32,027 nt of DNA from Chiloscyllium plagiosum (Eukaryota). A program made the position numbers and the translations under genes. The notes under the pieces are model-generated. The model was not told where the DNA came from. It saw nothing but the letters and a program-made list of their open reading frames with translations, and searched no databases. Below, in pieces: positions 22,161-32,027 of the stretch (positions within the stretch are counted from its first letter, which is position 1; each line of letters starts with the position of its first letter). The stretch spans positions 1 to 32,027 of the forward strand of contig NW_025213323.1 of the NCBI RefSeq assembly GCF_004010195.1, written 5' to 3'.

Positions 22161-23284
22161 TCATGTAGGAGATGCCAGTGCTTTGTTTGAGGATACCCAT
22201 ATGTGGTTTTGTATTTGTCCTTCTGGCAGAAACATTTTTAAAATGATACTCGTGAGAATACAGCTTGCATTGACTTTCCCAAGCTGTTGTTGATTTCCAA
22301 TGGTTCCTCTTCAGACATTAATGTTATCACGAAACCTGCATTAAAATTAGCCTTGGTGAATGATTTTTTGGGATGGCAGTGACGACTTCATTAAAGTCAG
22401 CATAATTTATTCTTAACATTGTCATCCAAGTCAGAGGTTTGGGAATAAGCACTTCAATTACAGCTGAGAGGTGGTGTGATGTCATGAGCTTTTCATTTAA
22501 GCATTTGGCAGTGCATCCAAGAACACCTTCTGGAGGTCAATACAAGCTCCTTGCATATGAGGATTTCTGTCAGTTGTATCATTCCAGTTTAAAGTGCTTC
22601 CCCACACCTTGTTGCTTCAGCTATTTCCACACATTCCCTCAGGAAGGCAAGTCCTATTGAGAGCAATGATGACTATTTGGAGTTGTTTACAGTTGTTTTC
22701 AGATGGTCACTCCTGGGATTATCCATGTGTGTTCTAATTCTGAGAGTTGAAATGTGTCGAGTTTTCTTTCTTTGAATGCACAGTTTCTACTGTGTGTATT
22801 AAGGACCCAGGAATCCAACAATATACTGACTATCAACTCATGCAAAGCTTTTTGAAGCCACCACCTATAAAAGAGTAAGTTCAAATTGATATATTCTGCT
22901 TCATTAGTAGGATGGAATCTGTCATCTTGAGAATAACTATGCCATCTGGCAATCCTGAAAAGAATATTTCAACAACTCCTCAACCATGAGCCCTTGATAG
23001 TGATAATAAGCAATCAAATGTATGAAAAACAAAGCTCTTGATGATACTCAAGTTGCGGTTTTCAAAACTGGGTTTTTGCACGCATTAAGACTCCATGCAC
23101 TCATGATGCATATTTGGGAGGAAGCGATTTCAGGAATGCAACAGTTGTAAGTGTCTTCAGAGAGGAGGTAACTCATACTGTGGAAATTGTTGTGTAGCAG
23201 AGGAAGACCTGATGCACTTGCTCCTACTTCCTGTGGCTGAAGGAAATCTTGTCTCGGGCAGGCTATCTTAGACCTTCCTCGGGA

Positions 23285-24200
23285 ACCTCTGATGTTGTCT
23301 TTGAAGCTAAATAAATCCAAGAAAGGTGTTGAACACCGCATGAGGAACTCCGAATTGCACTTGTCAATCTACCCATAGGATTTGCTTCAATAAGGTATGA
23401 GGCCCTGCATTCTTCTCCAGCAGTTTGGATGTTGAAGAAACTTCATCATATTCTGCAACTGCCTCATGAAGACAACTGTCTTGAGAGGAGGTCTGAAACA
23501 TGTGCTCTCAAAATTCGGAATGCTGTGTGAGGGCCTCTTTTTTTTCTATTTACTGTTTACTGGGCTGGGGTCACTCACCTCATCATAGATCAACTGCTGT
23601 CTGGTGTGTGTATTAAATCCAGATGGCTCCATTCTGCTCCAGATTTACAAGCCACCCTCTATTTCTTCAAATCTCCATGCAGGAGACTGAGCTTGTTATT
23701 AAATGTTAACAAAACTAAGCTAGTTATTTTAACCAAGAATTGGTCAGTCAAATACGCCACTCCCCATATGTGTTGAAAGGAGGACTGGGGACCATGTTAG
23801 CAACTTTCCATGTCTTGACAGGAACCTCTCTCAAAAGGAAAACAAACATTGTTGTGCCAGCTTAATCTTTTATGGAATTGAGCAGCGAGTGTTTGACAAT
23901 GAAGACCTCCACAAGCCAACAGAAGTCCTTGTGTACAGAGCAGTTGTTGCTGCACTGCTTGACTGTAGCACTACCCAAATTCTTATCAGCAGTACAGGTG
24001 TTAGATTTCACTAGCTTTTTCTGCATTCTCTGGAATTGCTAGGCGGACAGTCGGTCAAAAGTTGGTGTTCTACTTGAACCCAACTCTGCAAGCATTTAGG
24101 GAAAACCTTTGAAAAACTATGATGGACTGAACGCGGTATTTGGACAGCTGAACCTCCCAATCCTTTATTCTCCACTCTCAAATGCCAACTTTCCACTGGT
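23285..24200 (+). mobile_element. Ancient RTE-clade LINE RT remnant (may extend upstream towards 22170)
   Basis: From 23285 it reads TSDVVFEAK*IQERC*TPHEELRIALVNLPIGFASIRYEAL, like RTE T.DMIF..RQLQEKC.EQ...LY.AF.DL.KAFDSV.REAL. Near 23883 it reads QRVFDNEDLHKPTEVLVYRAVVAALL, like RTE RVF....L...TK..VYRAVV...LLY. Confidence 0.7.
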
Positions 24201-25735
24201 GGACAAAGAATCTGCTAACCTGAAACTTGCCTTGATGCACAGCAGCATTTACATCAATAACTGGGAAGCATTTGCTTCAAATCATTCTGTTGCATCATGC
24301 TTTTCATCCAATCATGAATGAGGCACAGCAGGGACACAGAAGGTAGGAAAAGTAAATACTGTAATCCGGTCCCAGTAACAATGGAGTGCTGTGCCACATG
24401 CACCCAATATCTGTGGGTTGAGCATTGATCTGTTCACAAGTAGGAACTTGTGATACTGAGTAAGTAGATGTCATCCTCAAATTGTAGACAACTAATGGTG
24501 CATTGGATTGTTAAACCTACACATTGTACTAGATTTTGTACAGTCAGAGTTTTTGTTAGTGATTTTTTTTCCAACTGGATAAATTTCTGCCTTCTACTAG
24601 ACATCCAGGAGATGAATGCTACCTGCCAAAGTGAGATATTTGATGTAAGGCTAACATGGAGCAAACAATTAAAGGGCCAACTATTTTAAGTACAAAACAC
24701 AAAGTTGGGTAGTATACAGGGGTAGGCTGCATTGCTAATTTCAATACAGGCTAGATTCATGAATGAAAGTCAATTCTACTTACAAGCTGTAAATATCCTA
24801 TATGTTTAACTTCAAGAAGCTACAGATCCAGAAATTGCTACCAAATTTGTGCTTGCATACAGGAGGTGTTACTATTTGATGTCAGAAGTTGTACAAGCAT
24901 ACATGGCATACTAGACCATTAAGGAAAGCTGAAAATAGCCTCCCTCAGATTGACATTGCAGCTATGAAGTTTACGGTTTAAAAAAATCTGGAGTACAGGC
25001 ATTATGATGTGATGATGAGGAGTCTGACTGGAAGATAAGTTTTTGTTATAATTGAAGCTGTAGATATATCCTTGTAATTGTAAACTTTTTTTTCGCAATA
25101 AATATGCAGTTTTTGCATCATCTGTGAATTTAGAAGTTACTAAAGTGGAATCAGAGTTCTGAAAGAAGTTTTGCGTGCTGAAAGTATCAGACTTCCCATT
25201 AAGCATCCACCCCAAGTTGTCACTTTAGAAAGTTATTGAGAGTAATTTTTTAAAGATCAAATAACATTCAGGATCACTTAAATTGTACTCCCAGCTGTAG
25301 TCATTTTGTAACTGAGGAAAGGAATACTCAAATGAAACCAAATTAATGGATTCGCGCCAACTTCCAATCCTTTTATCTTTTCTTGTTTAAAAGTAAAGAA
25401 TTTGATCAGTCTTGAGGAGGAGAAAAAAAAATTACATTCAGTAAGATTACTGACTGGCCTGCCATAATAATTACAGTTGGGGGAAATTGGCTTTCACCTG
25501 TTAATGTGTTACTTATCTGGGGGACAAGTCGATTATAATTTTGTTCACTTGAAGTTGTGCATGAAGTACAGTGGGAGAAAGGAATGTCAGATTGGTTCAG
25601 TTTTTGCCCTCCATCCAAATCAGTGCATTCCAAGAGCTAGCAAACATGATGTCCAACACCTCTGATTTTGACAAACTGCAATTTATCAAAGATTCTGATT
25701 TTGATTTATTTTCTTTAGAGCAGACACTGTCAGCT

Positions 25736-25758
25736 TGACTGACTGACTGACTGACTGA
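25736..25758. repeat. (TGAC)n tetranucleotide microsatellite, about 5.5 units
   Basis: tgactgactgactgactgactga. Confidence 0.85.
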
Positions 25759-25915
25759 GTGTGCATGCGCCATTAGGAAGCTATTTTTGTTTTGAAGCAG
25801 TCTAAGAGTAAAATGTTTCCAGATTCATTTGAATGCAAATGAAAGGGAGTAATGAATAATATCATGGTCTCAGTTGAATTTCAGATTTATAAGAGAAATA
25901 ACTTTTATTTTGCAG

Positions 25916-26096
25916 CTATCAGCACATCCCAGAACGCAGGGCCAAGTTGGAGGAAGTCAGAGCCATATTTTTGTCTGCATACAGTGCAACTGTGGGCCTC
26001 CGATCTGTATCGTCCAGTCCATCGTCATCCATTGGTGGACTTCTGGAACAGTTTGCACGTGGAGTTGGGCTGAGAGGCACAAACAGCATTGTCTGA
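25916..26096 (+). CDS. MTMR14: MTMR14 terminal coding exon, ending at TGA
   Basis: ttttattttgcag|C TAT CAG...GTC TGA. (L)YQHIPERRAKLEEVRAIFLSAYSATVGLRSVSSSPSSSIGGLLEQFARGVGLRGTNSIV* vs human RLQEVRSAFLAAYSSTVGLRAVAPSPSGAIGGLLEQFARGVGLR. This frame is absent from the ORF track. Confidence 0.95.
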
Positions 26097-26342
26097 CATA
26101 GCTGGCTTTTGTTTTTTTTTCTTACAAAAAAAAGTATGGATCACTGTGCAGATAGTGACTGTGACAATGCCAAAGATGGACTTGTGAATTTGTTTTTCAA
26201 CTCGATAATATATTTCATTTTTTGACCTTAGATAGTATTTAGGTATTTGTGTTTCTTCTCCAGTTCATTTCTCCACCTTCCAGAAATAGTCACTGTCCCC
26301 CATCTCACGTCTATTCCACAAATATTGGTGAAAGGAAGTAAA

Positions 26343-26977
26343 AATAAAACAAATTCAGCCTTTGGTACAGGACTACTTATTCATGAATTTTTTTTTGCCT
26401 CCTCTCATTTATATTGGAAAAACTTGTCACAACTATTATTTTCCAGTTGGAGATCCCATATTATGAAGCAATTGGAAGTAGTGGTGAACACATCCAGTGA
26501 CATTTTTAAATCTTTTTTAAAAATTGCCATCATTGTTAACATACTCCAGTCTATGATCACCTGACTGTATAGAAGAATTTGGGTCTTGCATCTTCCTTCT
26601 CAGGCTGCTTTTCAAGATGGTTAGGTGTGATGAAATTAGTTCTTTTAATTAAGGAGCTAGACTGCAATAGAGTTGTTTCTTTAAAAAAAATTAGCAAAAT
26701 TTCAGCATGGTTGATTTCTTTCTTACAAGTGTGGGTCTTATTGTGGTGTACTCTTGTTGATATAGTGGGATAATGTGTTTGGCATAGTCGTCAATCCTAA
26801 TTACGCTAACTTATAGAATGGTGGGAGCGAGAGATGGTCTAATCAAATCTGAGAGAATTAAATTTAGAAGCAACTAGCTCAAGCAACTTGAGTGGCCACA
26901 AAGGCAAGTTACCTGGTAAGTACAGGAACTAACCACTGCTGTGTTTTTTCATACATTTAACTACTGCCACTAATAAA
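26343..26977 (+). promoter_or_regulatory. Candidate MTMR14 polyadenylation signals (AATAAA at 26343-26348 and 26972-26977; further AATAAA at 27891 and ATTAAA at 30051)
   Basis: Hexamers downstream of the stop codon. The sequence alone cannot show which one is used, and AT-rich DNA gives chance matches. Confidence 0.35.
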
Positions 26978-27979
26978 ACTGTCAGTAGTAAATGATTTGG
27001 CTTCAGTAAGGTTCTGCTAAGCTTCTAACAACTTGTTCAACAAACGAATACTGTTTGTCAATTTAAGAAAGAATACAATAGTAAGATGGTATGTTGTCAT
27101 TAGCAGATCTAATTTAATTCAGCGTTAGACTTATTTTCTAAAGATTTAAGATTGTTTCTATTTTTTTAATACTGCATTTAACCTGCTTGAGAAACTTGGA
27201 TAATATTTTTGTAACATTTTTCTTTAAAAATATTTATTTTAAGCATCCATGTTTCCTCTTAAAATGTAATTGTTCTTCTCTGGGTTCCTGCTATTCACAT
27301 TTTACAACTTTTTTTATTTTGTTGCCGTTGAAGATTAAGTGAAGAGAGAACTGTGTATTGCAGCATTTGAATTGCAAATCTTGGAGTTTAAATTTCATGC
27401 TTCAGCTCTTTATAGGATGGAGACCATTCAATGGTTAAATGACCTTAATGTTTTGATCAAGCTGTTGACTCTTAGATCAGCATTGAAGACTTTAACATGG
27501 AAGAGCATAAGAAAGGTCAAGGATGATGAAAGACTGTAGTCCATCAAAGTTCACTCCTCCAATGCCACAATTCTCCCATTATGTCCAGTTACATTTTGAA
27601 TGCCTAATTTTGTTGCCTAACCTAGGTAGCAAACCTATCCTAACATTTTGCACTGAGTAAAGAATAGCAACCGAGTAATTGTTCCAAACTTTGGATTTCA
27701 CTAATTTAAATCCACCTCACTTAGAGATGTGTTTGCCATATCTGTGGTATTTTAACCTTCTTCACAGATCCTCTCCTCCTCCTTCCGCCCCTTCACCCAC
27801 CTCTATGTTTCTGGAATCACTTTTAGGATTAGGTTTTTGTTTATTCTAAATTTAAAAGGTGTGAGGAGGATGCAGTAGCACTTGTTAAAAAATAAAACAA
27901 TATTTTGAGTGTAGATCTCTCAAAATCTACTGTAAATGAAAACCAGTATACCTAAAATGTTAATTGCCTTGTATCACTT

Positions 27980-28040
27980 CAGCTGCTGGCCAACCTGTTG
28001 TACATTTCCAACACTCTCTTTTTATTTCAGATTTCCAGAA
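27980..28040. mobile_element. Degraded pLTR-derived arm
   Basis: gctgctggccaacctgttgtacatttccaacactctctttttatttcagatttccag resembles the right arms at 4580-4620 and 13455-13503. Confidence 0.5.
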
Positions 28041-29166
28041 CTTAATTTTTTTTTAAATTCCTGCAGTTCTTTATATACTTTACTTCCCAGTCCACTCCTA
28101 CCCTCTGTGACTGACCATAAACAATACGTAGTATTGCACATGGTAATACTTTATTCTTAATAAGTATTGATAAGACAGTTCAAACTGATCATGGTAAGTT
28201 GGTTTTTTTTTTAAAAAAAAATGAAGTTAAACTGACATTTTTAATCATTTGACTGTGAATTTGAGATTCATCTGTTTAAGTATGTGCATGGCACATTTGG
28301 AATGTTTCTTTAATGATTATACATGAAATTATCGTGCCCAACAAAAGTACTCTCCAGAGACTGATTAAAGATCCTTACATCTTGTGTTCAAGTTTTAGAT
28401 GGAAAATTTAACAAGAATGTATCGATCAATACAAAGTGTAACCCTCTTGGTAGATTAATCAGGCATTTTTCCAATTAGCTGTAGCCAATCTAAGCCCCCT
28501 TTTTTTTTTCCCTATTATCCCCAACCCACCGTGTTCAATTTTAATACTATTTTCTGCACGAATATTTGATTGTTAACCTGCATAGCATATCTCAATGATT
28601 AAGGCACTAAATCTTTCTTGAGCAGTAGTTATTTACTCTCTCTGCTTTCTTACGATAAATGTACAGAGTGATCCCAGGAAAGTGCGCCATGACATCCACA
28701 TTGGTCTGTTTTTAAAAGATACATTGCTTTATTACAACTAAGTTTACTGTTTTCTAATCCTTATTTACAATGAAAAATGTCTGATTTTGGATTTGTTTGG
28801 ATAACTTGGGGACTTCAACAAATGCTGGAAATCCTTCATTAGTTGCAGCATTCCCCTCCCCCAGCCTCCCATCCAAGAGTGTAAGAAGCATCAGTTTTTT
28901 TAAAAAAGCTCTCAATTAGTTATTTATCCAAGATAACTTTTCTGAGACAGTATTTATTCTTAAGGCAGGATTGCACTTCATGTCTTAATGGTGTAGGTAA
29001 TCTCTGAAAAGATTTGTAATTATCTTTGTGAACTGAATATGCTTTCGGATTTGATGTCAGGAATTTTGAAGACAAAGGTCTTCTGCCCCCCCCCCGAGAA
29101 AAAAGAAAAATTATACATGCCTGGCTTCTGCAATAAGACAGCTAGAAATTTGGTATCTTTGTGAGT

Positions 29167-29229
29167 ACTGATGAAGGGTTATGCTGCCCAAACCTGCTGT
29201 GCCTTTTCCAGCGCCACACTTTATCGACT
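29167..29229 (+). mobile_element. 63-nt pLTR-derived mini-insert with 13 bp TSD
   Basis: actgatgaagggttatgctgcccaaacctgctgtgccttttccagcgccacactttatcgact, flanked by TATCTTTGTGAGT (29154-29166) and TATCTTTTTGAGT (29230-29242). Confidence 0.75.
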
Positions 29230-31199
29230 TATCTTTTTGAGTTGCCAAATTGACCTTGGTGTTGACTATATGACGACCAAGATCACTGAAGGATCCAGCT
29301 TGTTACTGGAATGAGAGATTCCCATTAGCTGGAAGTACTCTATTAGAAATGGTCTACTGCCTTTACCACACAGAAACTGTGACCTATACTCGCTGAGGGA
29401 AATCGACAGCCAAAAAGCTCTTTACATTGGATTCAAATTTGGCTGGAAGAACAATCGGAGTTATCGAGCAATAAGACACTAAGCCAACAAGAAGTACTAT
29501 AAATGTACCTGATAGGAGGAATACCATGCTTAAGAGTGGTCTATCTCTTTAAATTTATGTTCCTCCGGTTTTGAAATCTTAAAGCTGCAATGTCATATTT
29601 GATTTATTTTTAATTCAACCTTGCAAACAGCAATTAACTTATGGCAAAAAGTGCTTCTGAAAACTGTTTTGTGAATTAAGCCATATTATCACCCATAAGC
29701 ATGACAGGTGTCCTTCCTCATTTTTCCATGTAGATCTGGAGTAACGTAATCATCTAGTATTGCGACCGGTTTTTGGCAAGCAATTGTGTGGTTATCGATG
29801 AAATTTTTTTTCTATGACTCTACAAGCTATTTGCTGCACAAAGATGCAGCATTTGCTGCAATGGTTATTTAAGCATCAATTCTTTTGGAAGCCCATTCTC
29901 CTTTGATAATGCTCCTTTATAGCTGCAGTCTTGCACATAAATAATTTTGGTCAACATTTTCCAAATACTCTTTTTCAAAAAAAGTGCATGAGATTCATAT
30001 AAAAAGATATTTGTCTAAATGTAAATGAAAAAATTATTTTGAATTGTTAAATTAAAACTACTGTAAAACTAGATTCAAAGTGCATCTCTTAATGCTGTAC
30101 ATCATTTCATTCTAGAAATTAAGAATCAAGTAGACTATTCTTGAAAGAAAGCTTTGTTGGATGTATAAAGCTACGGTTGTCTAAATAGTAGAGTAACAAT
30201 CTCTGCTTTCAAATATTGAGATCATGTACTGTTGCTTTCTTTTAGTAGTAATGGTGAGGGACATGCAGTTCATCTGGAAAGAAAGTTTGTTTGTGTTATT
30301 AGTTATTCTCTGCAACATTCACCTATATCTCCATCCATTTTAAATCAAGACTACAAGGATGATCTGAATCACAACAGCCACTTAAACTGGGCCAACTCGT
30401 GTAGGGTATCTAGAGCATGTTCTGCAATGTACTCTGATTTGATATTTAGTTTGGAACACTGACCCCAGTCAATTTTCTTATCTCTTTACTGATCCTGTGC
30501 AAAACCTTCCAGTATACAGTCAGAAATAATAACTTGTTCAACTTGATTTGGTCAGTGAATTGAGGCCTTATATTTTCCCCTTTCTTGCTGGATCATTCAT
30601 CTATCAAGCTTAACAGAGCAATGTTGAGGTAATTTGTGTTTATATGTTGCAGGAACTCCTTTTGGCGAAACTTGTTTATGGAATATTCTGTACTCTTGAA
30701 GTGAAAATACGACTTAAATTTTCACAGATTACTGTTCCATGAAGTGCAAAATCTTGCAATATGGCAAATTACTGTAATGGTTCTTCAGGACTTCTTGAAC
30801 TTGTTTCAGGCATTATCTGCATGTCTATAAAATGTTTCAACTTGGATACAAATTAAAAAACTTGTAATCTTGATCAAATGGTTGTGATATTCTTTTGAAT
30901 GGTTCTATTGAATGTGTCACAGAGCCCAAAGGTGTGCTTAAACACAGTACTATTAACAATTCTTTTTCATGAACTTAATTCAGACTCTAGGCTGAAACTA
31001 TAAAGTTATTTAAAAGCTTATGGAAAGCATATAGATCCTATCCTTGGCTGTCCTGATCATTAATTGAACTTGCACAATTTATTAATGCCTTAAATATTTT
31101 ATTTTCATATCTGCATGGGAGACCCTTTATATTTCATTGCTGTTGGGCTCTGCTGTTCTTGTAATTACTTGTAGGTTCAAAATTGGCACATCATTGAAA

Positions 31200-31790
31200 C
31201 AGAAGCATAGAATCTAGCAGCAGAGTAAGCCATTTAGCCCTTTTGATCCTGCTCCACCCTTTATTATGATCCTGGCTGCTTATACAATTCAGTTGTCTGT
31301 TCCCACTCAAGTTCTATGTTCATCTCCTTGAAATGATTCACTTTTTTTGGTCTCCACTGCATTCTGTGGTAGTGCATTCCATAGGCTCACCACCCTCTGG
31401 GTGAAGAACTTACTCCTTGTGTCAGGCTTAAATGATTTACCCCATATCGTTAGTGTGTGAACCTGCCTAGTAATGTTAGCATTCTTAGATTTATGTGAGA
31501 TCCCCCTCATTCTGTTGAACTCCAGCAAATATATTCTGAACTGATCCAACCTCTCCTCAGTTGTCAGTCTCACCAACCCAGGAATCAGTCTTGTAACCCT
31601 TTGCTGCACTCCCCCTATAGCAAGAACACTATTCCTCCAGTAAGGAGACCAAACTGTATTCCAGCTATGATCTCATTAAGGTTCCATATAATTGCAGCAA
31701 AACATCCCTGCTCCTAAACTCAATCCTCTTGTTAATGAAGGCCAACATACCATTTCCTTTGTGATCGTGTAAACTTCAGAACTTGTGTGG
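31200..31790 (-). mobile_element. CR1-type LINE 3' portion
   Basis: ORF 31307..31609 QQRVTRLIPGLVRLTTEERLDQ...FFTQRVVSLWNALPQNAVE, plus antisense tail agcagcagagtaagccatttagcc. Confidence 0.88.
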
Positions 31791-32027
31791 ATTGAAAGAA
31801 TCAACAGTAAATCATTCTGGAATAAACTTTCCTGAGATAAACAAACTGATAGAGAAATTAGGCACAATATACTAATTAGCCATACCTGGGAAGAAGGAAT
31901 GGAGGCAACATAAGCTAGTTCCTTGGGGACAGGAGGTAACATTGCTTTATCACCGACTGTCTTAGGACAAATGGGCAGTTAAGATTGCTTGTAAGGAGGG
32001 ATGCCCTGAAGTAAAGGGGTTAATTGC

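Noticed and set aside
21418..22200. 260-aa ORF as a novel gene
   Set aside because: It is a frameshifted Penelope remnant. Only part of it is in the GIY-YIG frame and the rest reads into the pLTR.
25852..26101. ORFs 25852..26073 and 25874..26101 as genes
   Set aside because: They are the alternative frames over the MTMR14 terminal exon.
26905..26925. Strong donor-like CTG|gtaagt downstream of the stop codon
   Set aside because: No supported partner acceptor or coding exon. It cannot be distinguished from a chance match.
1..32027. CRISPR arrays, operons or prokaryotic defence systems
   Set aside because: This is vertebrate intron-exon DNA with no regularly spaced direct repeats or long intact ORFs.

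Overview
AT-rich eukaryotic genomic DNA, most likely from a cartilaginous fish (shark), inferred from an HE1-type V-SINE and shark-type CR1, L2-like and Penelope-derived repeats. The window holds the 3' half of MTMR14 (myotubularin-related phosphoinositide 3-phosphatase) on the + strand. Eight GT-AG exons (1418-1494, 3903-3939, 4864-4934, 9505-9563, 13882-14017, 17376-17552, 19492-19644, 25916-26096) splice in frame to 891 nt, i.e. 296 aa plus stop. The exon with the catalytic CX5R motif lies upstream of the window. The introns and 3' region are filled with decayed retroelements (CR1, L2-like, RTE, Penelope, SINEs), which explain the supplied ORFs that resemble proteins. The most interesting observations are a family of short Penelope pLTR-derived inserts carrying hammerhead-ribozyme-like cores, two with clear 13-15 bp target-site duplications, and a composite of a 5S rRNA head, a pLTR segment and a LINE tail. 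There are also candidate extra MTMR14 exons and inverted repeats flanking exons. I see no convincing new multi-gene system. All homology calls are from recalled sequences, not database searches.
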